NCBI RefSeq assembly: GCF_035084215.1
Contig: NC_090329.1
Coordinates: 119,660,001 to 119,724,000 of the forward strand
DNA length: 64,000 nt
From: Heptranchias perlo
Lineage: Eukaryota
Direction: 5' to 3'
Notes under the pieces: generated by a model
The model's database searches: none
Told to the model about the DNA's origin: nothing
The model's input: only the letters and a program-made list of their open reading frames with translations
Translations under genes and position numbers: made by a program
Shown here: piece after piece, positions 27,155 through 38,123 of the stretch
Numbering within the stretch: position 1 is the stretch's first letter
Layout: every line of letters begins with the position of its first letter

Positions 27155-27190
27155 GGTGCCCCCTGGTGGGCAGCCTCGGCCTCCTGGTGG
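27155..27190 (-). promoter_or_regulatory. Tandem CTCF-like motifs in a CpG-rich unique stretch
   Basis: Minus strand CCACCAGGGGGCACC (27155-27169) and CCACCAGGAGGCC (27178-27190) match the CTCF core. Confidence 0.5.
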
Positions 27191-27669
27191 GGGGTGGGGG
27201 CGCTACATTGGAACCCGGACGCATGCTCCAATTCCCACCGTGTGCTTTCGGCGGGCGAGGTTCCTCGTCAGTATCCCGCTTTCGTAAAACTTCCCCTTCT
27301 GCTCAGCGACTGGGTAAATGTATTGGTGAAGATTCCCTCCGGAAAGTGTCTCCAATATCCCCCAGGAATATCGAACAGAGGAAATGTTCGCAAAACACAT
27401 TGATGTTGTAGCTGCACGTAACAAACTAAGGGACTGTTACCATAATGTGGCCTGACCTCAGCCTCTGACATGCACCTTGAGTCATGGGGACAACATTCAG
27501 CTTAAGAATGGAAGTCCAGGGCATTTGGCCTAGTGGAGTTCATCGTCCTGGTAACCAACCTGGTATGCCAGCCCTCCCAGCCTGGCATCCAGATGTATTT
27601 GAAACACCACCAATATCTCCATATCTACTACCCAGACATTTATCACAGCTTGGGCTAGATCCTGATTTA

Positions 27670-28530
27670 CCGATCTGCCAATGCCTCGATTTTAAAACTC
27701 TCATACTTGTTTTCAGTGCCCTCCATGGCCTCTCCTCTCCCTATCTCTGTGACCTCCTCCAGCCCTACAACCCACCAGGATCTCTGCGCTCCTCCAGTTC
27801 TGGCCTCTTGTAATCCCCGATTTTCATTGGCCCTCCATTAGTGGCCGTGCCTTCAGCTGCCTAGAACAACAACAACTTGCATTTATATAGCGCCTTTAAT
27901 GTAGTAAAACAAACAGGAGCGTTTTCAAACAAAATTTGACACCGAGCCACATGAGATATTAGGACAGGTGACCAAAAGCTTGGTCAAAGAGGTAGGTTTT
28001 AAGCAGCGTCTTAAAGGAGGAGAGGGAGGTAGAGAGGTGGAGAGGTTTAGGGAGGGAATTCCAGAGCTTAGGGCCTAGGCAGCTGAAGGCACGGCCACCA
28101 ATGGTGGAGCGATTCAAATCGGGGATGCGCAAGAGGTAAGAATTGGAGGAGCGCAGAGATCTCAGATTGTTGTAGGGCTGGAGGGGGTTACAGAGATAGG
28201 GAGGGATGAGGCCATGGAGGGATTTGAAAACAAAGATGAGAATTTTAAAATCGAGGCGTTCTCAATGTAGATCAGCAATGTAGGTCCGCCTAGGCCCTAA
28301 CCTCTGGAATTCCCTCCCTAAACTTCTCTGCCTCTCTACCTCTCTACCTCTCTCTCATCCTTTATGATGCTCCTTAAATCCTACCTCTTCGGCCAAGCTT
28401 CTGATCACCTGTCCTCATATCTCTTTATGTGGCTCGGTGTCAGATTTTATTTTATAACGCTCCTGTGAAACACCTTGGGACGTTTCACTACATTAAAGGC
28501 ACTAAATAAATGCAAGTTGTTGTTGTTCTT
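27670..28530 (+). mobile_element. L2 3' fragment containing an opposite-orientation L2 (27865-28287)
   Basis: Outer copy is broken at gcctag (27859-27864) and resumes at gcctag (28288-28293); inner copy starts with (AAC)n tail. Confidence 0.9.
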
Positions 28531-29666
28531 GTTGTGTGGGTGATAGCGAATTGGCAGTCTGTCCAGTGGGGTTTTCCCATTGGTTCACTTACTGGGTGGG
28601 AGCCTATGCCAACATAATAGGGAAAACGTCATTTTTTAAAGAACGTACTGAACCAACGGCCTTTATGCAAAACCCGACTGCACAACCCAGTCCAACCAGG
28701 TAATCTGTTTTGAGGTGGATGGAAATAAAAGTCATGAGAGATGTAAAACTGGCCGCCAACTCGCTATCGCCCAAAGTCAAGATCTGGCCCTTGTGTTAAA
28801 ACATTCCAGCTGATATATATGGTTTAAATTTACGATAAACCCCTAACTCTAAGACAGCTGGCTGGGTGGTCAACTTACAACCAATCCCAGCCATCTTTCT
28901 GTTTTGTGGGAAAAAGAGCGGGTCAATGGTTTGCAGGGAGAGAATTCCAAGTCAGAATTCGTGGCACGTGGCCATCTACGACTCTTCACGGTTCTCTCCT
29001 TTCTGGGGCTGACCGTCCACTTGTTGGAACAAATCAATGCGAATCGTAGACTGCATTGTGCTGTGAACTGGTAGTCACTGGGAAGCGGCTTGAGACCGCC
29101 CGAAGCTCACTTCGCCAAACTGTGGCCCTTATTCGGCAGCGATTTGGAGCCGGAGAAGGTTTACAAACTCAGCAGCTGTTGTGGGGACAGGACTTGTTTC
29201 TTAGAAGAGACAACCGTAAATCTGTTCACAGATTGTAAGCGTTGACTTAATGTCTGACATCTGCATTCCTTCTTCTTCAGTAGCTCTGTTGCATCTCTAT
29301 TATAGAACCATAGAAGTTTACAGCACAGGAGATCATTCGGCCCATCAAATCCGTGCTAGCTTGTTGCTAGAGCAGTCCAAAACTAATCCCATTGCCCACA
29401 ATATATTGTAAAATTCTCCAGCTGCCAGACATCGTAAGCGAGTTCGTGAAGGTTGTCGCTGGTCACTATTTCCAGCAAGATTAGGAGACGCATCCTAAAG
29501 GGGCACGAGAAGCACCAAACAGAGAAAATCTTCTCAAACGCGTTGACCCCCCAGTGGCGCTACACACAGCGAGCAGAAGACTTCTTACCCAATAAAGGCA
29601 TTGCTTACACTAGGTATTGGGTCTAGGGCAATGGGTATGGTGGTATAGTGATTATGATAATCAGCT

Positions 29667-30130
29667 AACAACAACAACAACAACAACAACAACAACTTGC
29701 ATTTATATAGCACCTTTAACATAGTAAAACGTCCCAAGGCGCTTCACAGGATTGTTATGAAACAAAATTTGATGCTGAGCCACATGAGGAGATATTAGGT
29801 CAGGTGACCAAAAACTTAGTCAAAGAGGTAGGTTTAAGGAGCGTCTTAAAGGAGGAGAGAGAGGTAGAGAGGCGGAGAGATTTAGGGAAGGAATTCCAGA
29901 GCTTAGGGCCTAGGCAGCTAAAGGCATAGCCACCAATGGTGGAGCAATTAAAATCGGGGACACACAAGAGGCCAGAATTGGAGGAGCGCAGAGATCTCAG
30001 AGGGCTGGAGGAGATTACAGAGATAGGGAGGGGCGAGGCCATGGAGGGATTTGAAAGCAAGGATGAGAATTTTAAAATCGAGGCGTTGCCGGACCGGGAG
30101 TCAATGTAGGTCAGCGAGGACAGGGGTGGT
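29667..30130 (-). mobile_element. L2 3' fragment with expanded (AAC)n tail
   Basis: (aac)~10 followed by ttgcatttatatagcacc; GGYAFSCLGPKLWNS. Confidence 0.9.
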
Positions 30131-31499
30131 GCGTTAACGGGACTTGGTATGTGACTAGTAAGCCAGGGATTGTGAGTTGAAATTGACAAATCTGTTCATT
30201 TGTGGGCTATAAAAAAAAATGACCCTGAAAGCTTTAAAATCCCAACAAATGTTCTTCGGGGAAGGAAACCTGTCACCCGTACCTGGTCTGGCCTCTATGT
30301 GAGTCCAGTTCCACACTACGTGCTTGACTATCAATGTCCTCTGAAGTGGCCTAGCAAGCCGGTCAGTTGTATAAATAATCAGCATGAAACAACAAGAAGA
30401 GGAAGACCACCCGCCTTCTCAGGTCAGCTCACGATGGGCAATGAATGTGACCTTGCCAACTTCACTCACATCCTGTGAAGAAAACAAAAGATGAACAGAG
30501 CCATCAGCAGTACGTGGATGTGTGGTTACTTGGATTTTATGGCAGGATTTAAAAAGGGAACCTAAATCTAACCAGATGAAATATTATCTTGCAGCCCATT
30601 CCGTCTGCCGAGGCTGCATTCTCTGCCAGAGACTGTAATCCATCCTCTGGTTGAATAAAATCCTTCCCCTCCGCCCCCCCCACCATTAACTCTGTGGCAA
30701 TCTGACCCTTGGATTCAAGTTCGAATGCAAAAAATCTGATGAGAGACAAAGAGTAGCTGGTCTCAAAAATCTGAATCGGGCATGGAAATTGTCCACTTCA
30801 TCCCCCACTTATCTGATTACACAGTTCAGTTACCCTCTGCTTGATTTTATTACCCATATTTTCGGCTACAGTTTCTTCCAGTGATTGACATGAGCGAAAA
30901 AGTCGGTGCGGGTATGAAACAGAAAAGCCTCTTCCCTCCTCACACTGATTTTGTTTACACTCACATTACAAGTTACCCTTATACGGAGGGCCGTTAGTGC
31001 AGTGAGATAATCCCAAGGTCCTTCCTTCACAAGGGGGTGGATCTGAGACTAAGCAAGAATTGGGAGAAGAGGCCAGGGACGCAGAGAAAGCTGACAAAGT
31101 CATGGCTTTTGAGGGTGGGGAGACGTGTAACAAAGTGCAGGGGCTTAGGAGCTGACCTCCAGCGCGCTGTGATGGAGCAGGGGCCGGGAATTGCATATTG
31201 GGGTGAGGGGAGAGAGGGAGGAGGCACAGATTCTGGGCTCAGAGAATTCAGGTGTGGGGAGTGAAGGAAGGATGAAGGAAAGAAAGGAAAGGAAGGAGGG
31301 AAAGAAAGGAAAGGATGGAAGGAAGGACTTTCATTTATATAGCACCTTTCATGACCCCACGAAATCCCAAAGTGCTTTATAGCCAATGAAGTACTTTTGA
31401 AATGTAGTCACTGTTGCAATGTACCAACTATCTGCTGCACAGTGTCAGAGACCACCCTCAGTCTCTACACACATGTTGGATGCTCTGCAAACATCCTTC

Positions 31500-31779
31500 A
31501 ACAGCAACACCCAGCAATTTGCATTTATATAGCGCCTTTAATGTAGTAAATCGTCCCAAGGTGCTTCTCAGGAGCGTTATCAAACAAAATATGTCACCAA
31601 GCCACGTGAGGAGATAGGTGACCCACAAAAGCTTAGTCAAAGAGCTAGGTTTTATGGAGCGTCTTAAAGGAGAGAGAGGTGGAGAGGTTTAGAGAGGGAA
31701 TCCCAGAGCTTAGGGCCTAGGCAGCTGAAGGCACGGCCACCAATGGTGGAGCGATGAAAATCAGGGATGCGAAAGAGCT
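31500..31779 (-). mobile_element. L2 3' fragment flanked by a ~28-bp direct repeat
   Basis: catgttg(g/a)a(t/g)gctctgcaaacatccttc at 31472-31499 and 31780-31807. Confidence 0.85.
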
Positions 31780-31929
31780 CATGTTGAAGGCTCTGCAAAC
31801 ATCCTTCTTTTATAAGCAGGGCCTAGTACCCTGGTCATGTTCATTCTCAGATTCTTACACAGTTCAGCTCTCACTGAAGCTACAGAGAGCTGCATTGGTG
31901 CGATTGTAGGCACTCTGTGATTGGCCCGG

Positions 31930-32688
31930 AGCGCGGGATCAGCAATAAAAGGAGGACTGAGAGAGGAGAAAGAGAGCAGGGCGTGGGATTGGCGATAAAA
32001 GGAGGAGCGAGAGAGGAGAGAGAGAGAGAGCGCGGAGTGTGGGATCAGCGATAAAAGGAGGAGAGAGAGAGGAGAGAGAGAGAGCGCAGAGTGTGGGATC
32101 AGCGATAAAAGGAGGAGAGAGAGAGGAGAGAGAGAGAGCGGAGCGAGGGATCAGGATAAAAGGAGGAGTGAGAGAGGAGAGAGAGAGGAGAGTGGGATCA
32201 GGATAAAAGGAGAGAGAGAGAGGAGAGAGAGAGAGCAGAGCGAGGGATCAGGATAAAAGGAGGAGTGAGAGAGGAGAGAGAGAGGAGAGTGGGATCAGCG
32301 ATAAAAGGAGGAGTGAGAGAGGAGAGAGAGAGAGCAGAGCAAGGGATCAGGATAAAAGGAGGAGTGAGAGAGGAGAGAGAGAGAGCGCGGAGCGAGGGAT
32401 CAGGATAAAAGGAGGAGTGAGAGAGGAGAGAGAGAGAGAGCGGAGCGAGGGATCAGGATAAAAGGAGGAGTGAGAGAGGAGAGAGAGAGCGGAGCGAAGG
32501 ATCAGGATAAAAGGAGGAGAGAGAGAGGAGAGAGAGAGCAGAGCGAGGGATCAGGATAAAAGGAGGAGTGAGAGAGGAGAGAGAGAGAGAGAGCGGAGCG
32601 AAGGATCAGGATAAAAGGAGTGAGCGAGGGGAGAGAGAGAGGGGCGTGGGATCGACGATAAAAGGAGGAGTGAGAGAGGAGAGAGAGG
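31930..32688 (+). repeat. Purine-rich tandem array (~15 units of ~45-56 bp) at the 5' end of a CR1
   Basis: Unit gagcgagggatcaggataaaaggaggagtgagagagg(ag)n. Confidence 0.9.
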
Positions 32689-34560
32689 TGAAAAAACACC
32701 TAAAGTGACGTCAGGACAAGGGAAGGAGCTGATTAGTGAGAGGCTGGTGAGTGTTTTTATTAAGTCTTTAAGTTTACTTTTGTTAAGTTTAGTTAATAAT
32801 ATAATAACAGAGGCATGGCAGCGCACCTCAGTCCCGTCAAATGCACATCCAGTGCCATGTGGGAACTCCAGGACACTTCCCGTGCAGGAAGTATCATCAG
32901 CTGGAGGAGCTCGAGCTCCGGGTTTCAGAGTTTGAGCAACAGCTGGCGTCACCGCAGTGTATCCACGAGGCTGAGAGCTCCGTGGATAGCACGTTTCAGG
33001 AGGTGGTCACCCCGTGGGGTTGAAAACCCCTTTAACAAAAGACATTTGAAGGAAAGGGTTAACTGTACCCCTTTTAAACAAAGAGATTTGAAAACCTGCA
33101 AACACAGTAATGTGGTAAACTGTGTTCTCGCAAATCCTGTTTTTCCCTCACTGACGCTGATGACATTGGAGAAGTGTGAGTTTCGGGATCGAAGACATTG
33201 TACTGTGATAGATATCTAGATTATTAAATAAATAAGCTGGATGGATAATATTGAGTTTAAAGCGTTGTCAGGCTTTCAAAACACAAAGGCATTTGGAAGC
33301 ACAAACTTTTCAACACAGCAGGGGGTAATGTAAGAAAAGGAACAAGGACATACATCAAAGGCTTCGGATTGGGAAAGCAATGATAGGTGTGAAAAAAAGC
33401 CTGGGTCTCTCATTCCTATCTGGTAATCTGTTCAAGAGAACTGGGATTTGTAAAACATCGAATAGTGTTGCACTCAGCATATGGTAAAAACGTGTAAGGA
33501 ATGGATTTGAAGCCACTGCAGCAAACAAAATTGGAGACGTCAGGACCATTAAGAATGTCTGTGTGTGGAACTGTAAGGAGCTATCTCTACATGAAAGGCC
33601 ATAAACAGAGACAGTAAAGGGGCCTTTTACAACCCATCGTTCGAGCACATGGTCTTTTCTACATCAAAGGGTCTCCAGTCACATGATCAAAGCCTAAACT
33701 GTCAATCATTGAGGTTATGTTAATGATTGAGGCATAGCAACAGGGAGCGATTGGACAAAAAGAATGACCCTCCCCAATCCTATGTCCTATTGGTAATAAA
33801 ACAATATAAAAAGAAGACTTTGGGAGAAGAACAGTCTCTTCACCACCCGGCAGTCACAAGGAACGCACACTGCAGTTGAACATCACGCAAGAAGAAGAGG
33901 ACCTCAAGGACTGAAGAGCTGATCAACCTTCAGGCCCAATGAGCAAAATCCTTGGTTTAAAGGTTGTCTGTGTGTTAATGATTTGCCTGATGTGTGTATG
34001 AATTGTTAAGTCATTACATAATAAGGTTGTGAATTATTAAGTGTATAGTGGGATTTTATAAAGGAAAGTCATTTGTATGGTTTGATTTTGCTTCATGAAT
34101 GCTCGTATGAATGATGACATCATTAAATAATTACTTTTGATTAACAAAACTACCGTGAGTGAGGGTGACTTTCTTTGCTTGACTATCCGTCCAGTGTCCA
34201 AGAATAACCCAAAATAAGGAATTCCTTACACCCCGCAGTTTAAGAGAGTGCAGGCAGAGAGGGAATGGGTGAACGCCAGACAGACAAGGAGGACCAGGAA
34301 GGTAGAACAGGAGTCCCCTGAGGGAATCTCACTCTCTGACCAGTATTCAGAACAGAGGGAGAGGGTTCGCCTGGGGAGTGCAGCCGGAGTCAAGTCCATA
34401 GCACCACGGGTAGCTCAGATGTACAGGGGAGGAGGAGAAAGGTCAGGAGAGCGATAGTGATTGAAGATTCTATAATTAGGGGAACAGACAGGTGTTTCTG
34501 TGGCCGCAGACATGATTCCAGAATATTATGTTGCCTCCCTGGTGCCAGGGTCAAGGATAT
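32689..34560 (+). mobile_element. CR1 5' UTR and ORF1 remnant, split by a solo LTR
   Basis: MAAHLSPVKCTSSAMWE...CRKYHQLEELELRVSEFEQQL...DSTFQEVVTP (Zn-finger/leucine-zipper-like) resumes after 34230 and reaches IVIEDSIIRGTDRCFCGRRHDSRILCCLPGARVKDI (SGNH/esterase-like domain of CR1 ORF1). Confidence 0.85.
33015..34230 (+). mobile_element. Solo LTR, 1216 bp, 5-bp TSD
   Basis: TG...CA termini; CCCCG at 33010-33014 and 34231-34235; removal restores contiguous CR1 ORF1. CCAAT 33774, ATTGG 33789, TATAAAA 33805, ATTAAA 34122. Confidence 0.8.
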
Positions 34561-34814
34561 TACAACACCAGGTTATAGTCCAACAATTTTATTTGAAAAT
34601 CACAAGCTTTCAGAGGCTTTCTCCTTCATCAGGTGAATGTGGGAATCCTTGAACGTTTCGCATTTATATTCAGAGAACAATACCTGGTGATTACAGATAA
34701 TCTTTCCAACTGCCTGTTGTCAAGGCAATCAAAGTGTTCAGACAGAGAGGTGTTACCTACAGGACCACCGAATATACAAACGGCCAGAACACAAGACAGA
34801 GAGAGAGGGAGTTT
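34559..34814 (-). mobile_element. Penelope-like element terminal fragment
   Basis: ttacaacacc..ttatagtcc...cacaagcttt matches the 20100-20180 family; the remainder matches 48765-48935. Confidence 0.85.
34598..34638 (-). ncRNA. Minimal type-I hammerhead ribozyme motif
   Basis: Minus strand AUUCAC-CUGAUGA-A-GGAG(AAAGC)CUCU-GAAA-GC-UU-GUGAUU. Confidence 0.75.
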
Positions 34815-34820
34815 CTCCCT

Positions 34821-35695
34821 CTCTCTCTTCCACAGAGCTTTCTATTCAAATTTCATTTCCCTGCTGGTTCACTGTATTTTTCTTCATGTATTTATTTAAC
34901 CCACCCCCCTGACAATATGTCCAGATTGATTCCGCTTCAATAGCAAAAGAAACGTAGAAGTTTAGAGCACAGAAGGAGGCCGTTATTTCCACCATGCCTG
35001 TGATGGCTCTTTCCCAAACAAACCAAAACTAATCCCACTACCCTGTTCTTTCCCCATAAATTCTGCATCATCCCCTGCTTCAAATCTTTATCTACTTTTC
35101 CCTTAAAAGATGCAATAAAGAAAAAAATAGAAAGACTTGCATTTATATAGTGCCTTTCATGACCTCAGGACATCCCAAATCACTTTACAGTCAATGAAGT
35201 ACTTTAGAAGTGCAGTCACTTTTGTAATGTAGGAAATGGGAGGGGGGCAGACGATTTGCACGCAGCACGGACCCACAAACAGTAATGTGGTAATGACCAG
35301 ATAATATTGCTGTTCTCTGCTTCCTCCATTCCCAGCGGAAAAGCATTCCAACCCTCTGCCTCAGAAATTTCTTATTAGTGGTAATGTGTTTCATATTCTA
35401 ATAATCCTTTTGGGGGACAAAAAAACATTCTTCTAACCTCAACCTTTATATTTCTCGTACTAACCTTGAGTTTATGTCCCTCTTTACTCTCACCTCACAA
35501 AATCTTTCACTATTTACCATCTCAAGCACTATCAAAATTTTGGACACTTCTATTATATCCAACTGGCGGCTCACCACCGCCTTCTCGAGGACAATTAGGG
35601 ATGGGCAATAAATGCTGGCCTCGCCAGCGACGCCCACATCCCGTGAACGAATAAAAAAAATATATCCCCGAGGTCAATTGGACATTACGTTCCGA
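34821..35695. repeat. Left arm of a ~780-bp inverted duplication (partner 37346-38123)
   Basis: Near-identical reverse complement throughout; the ORF track gives mirrored peptides (MKHITTNKKF..., MECFSAGNGG..., MSLCPSLLSP...). Confidence 0.95.
35561..35660 (+). mobile_element. 100-bp family A LINE 3' end with 7-bp TSD
   Basis: tatatcc at 35554-35560 and 35661-35667; the right arm shows the empty site. Confidence 0.9.
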
Positions 35696-37126
35696 GGACT
35701 GGAGAATTGCAAATGTTACACTCTTGTTCAAAAAAAGGGTGTAAGGATCAACCCAGCAATTATAGGCCAGTCAGTTTAACCTCAGTGGTGGGGAAGCTTT
35801 TAGAAACGATAATCCGGGACAGAATTAGCAGTCACTTGGACAAGTGTGGATTGATTAGGGAAAGCCAACATGGATTTTTTAAAAGGAAATCATGTTTAAC
35901 TAACTTGATAGAGTTTTTTGATGCGGTAACAAAGGGTCGATGAGGGCAATGCGGTTGATGTGGTGTATGTGGACTTTCAAAAGGCATTTGATAAAGTGTC
36001 GCATAATAGGCTTGTCATCAAGATTGAAATCCATGGAATAAAAGGGGCAGTAGCAGCATGGATACAGAATTGGCTAAGTAACAGGAAACAGAGTAGTGGT
36101 GAACGGTTGTTTTTCGGACTGGAGGGATGTGTACAGTGGTGTTCCCCAGGGGTCGGTACTAGGACCACTGCTTTTCTTGATATATATTAATGACTTGGAC
36201 TTGGATGTACAGGGCACAATTTCCAAATTTGCAGATGACACAAAACTTGGAAGTGTAGTGAACAGTGAACAGATAGACTTCAAGAGGATATAGACAGCTT
36301 GGTGGCATGGGCGATCAGATGAAATTTAATGCAGAAAAATGCAAAGTGATACATTTCAGTTGGAAGAATGAGGAGAGGCAATATAAACTATTTTAAAACG
36401 GGTACAGGAACAGAGATCTGGGGTATATGTGCACAAATCGTTGAAGGTGGTAGGGCAGGTTGAGAAAGCGGTTAAAAAAGCATACGGGATCCTGGGCTTT
36501 ATAAATAGAGGCATAGAGTACAAAAGTAAGGAAGTCATGATGAACCTTTATAAAACACTGGTTCGGCCACAACTGGTGTATTGTGTCCAGTTCTGGGCAC
36601 CACACTTCAGGAAAGATGTCAAGGCCTTAGAGAGGGTGCAGAAGAGATTTACTAGAATGGTTCCAGGGATGAGGGATTTTCGTTCCATGGATAAACTGGA
36701 GAAGCTGGGGTGGTTCTCCTTGGAACAGAGAAGGTTGAGAGGAGATTTGATATAAGTATTCAAAATCATGAAGGGTCTAGACAGAGTAGATAGAGAGAAA
36801 CTGTTCCCATTGGCGGAAGGGTCAAGAACCAGAGGACATAGATTTAAGTTGATTGGCAAAAGAACCAAAGGTGACATGAGGAAAAACTTTTTTACACAGC
36901 GTGTGGTTAGGATCTGGAATGCACTGCCCGAGGGGGTGGTGGAGGCAGATTCAATCATGGCCTTCAAAAGGGAACTGGATAAGTACTTGAAAGAAAATAA
37001 TGTGCAGGGCTACGAGGATAGGGCGGGGGAGTGGGACTAGCTGGATTGCTCTTGCATAGAGCCGGTGTGGACTCGATGGGCTGAATAGCCGCCTTCCTTG
37101 CTGTAACCTTTCTATGATTCTGTGAT
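35696..37126 (+). mobile_element. CR1 ORF2 RT to 3' tail, frameshifted
   Basis: [60 protein letters not shown]; tail ttctatgattctgtgat. Confidence 0.95.
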
Positions 37127-37345
37127 ATTGCCGGGCAGATTCAGAGCACCTGTGGCAGCGCCATAACAACAGAGCGTGCGCAAGATTGTTTGCAGGCTGT
37201 CGTCATGACATTACGTTCCTGATCATGGACCTTCGCCAGTGTTAGAGGAAGGACCGTTCATCCTGGTTACTCCTGCAGGATCAGGAGTGGAGATCGACAA
37301 CAACCACCCCACTGCAATTATGGTGGCGGAGCAGATCAAGCACTT

Positions 37346-38123
37346 TCGGAACGTAATGTCCAATTGACCTCGGGGATATAATAGAAGTGTCCAAAATTTT
37401 GATAGTGCTTGAGATGGTAAATAGTGAAAGATTTTGTGAGGTGAGAGTAAAGAGGGACATAAACTCAAGGTTAGTACGAGAAATATAAAGGTTGAGGTTA
37501 GAAGAATGTTTTTTTGTCCCCCAAAAGGATTATTAGAAAATGAAACACATTACCACTAATAAGAAATTTCTGAGGCAGAGGGTTGGAATGCTTTTCCGCT
37601 GGGAATGGAGGAAGCAGAGAACAGCAATATTATCTGGTCATTACCACATTACTGTTTGTGGGTCCGTGCTGCGTGCAAATCGTCTGCCCCCTCCCCCCTC
37701 CCATTTCCTACATTACAAAAGTGACTGCACTTCTAAAGTACTTCATTGACTGTAAAGTGATTTGGGATGTCCTGAGTTCATGAAAGGCGCTACATAAATG
37801 CAAGTCTTTCTTCCTAGTTTTTTTCTTTATTGCATCTTTTAAGGGAAAAGTAGATAAAGATTTGAAGCAGGGGATGATGCAGGGTTTATGGAGAAAGAAC
37901 AGGGTAGTGGGATTAGTTTTGGTTTGTTTGGGAAAGAGCCATCACAGGCATGGTGGAAATAACGGCCTCCTTCTGTGCTCTAAACTTCTACGTTTCTTTT
38001 GCTATTGAAGCGGAATCAATCTGGACATATTGTCGGGGGGTGGGTTAAATAAATACTTGAAGAAAAATACAGCAAACCGGCAGGGAAATGAAATTGGAAT
38101 AGAAAGCTCTGTGGAAGAGAGAG
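37346..38123. repeat. Right arm of the inverted duplication (contains a DeuSINE 3' part and an old CR1 tail)
   Basis: Reverse complement of 34821-35695 minus the LINE insert. Confidence 0.95.

Noticed and set aside
30549-30749. Possible minus-strand exon (FFAFELESKGQIATELM...) linking the two candidate exon groups
   Set aside because: Weak donors, crosses a homopolymer run, no recognisable homology, and conflicts with the poly(A) signal at 38443.
32502-32952. Leu/Ser-rich minus-strand ORFs
   Set aside because: Antisense read-through of the purine-rich tandem array and CR1 ORF1.
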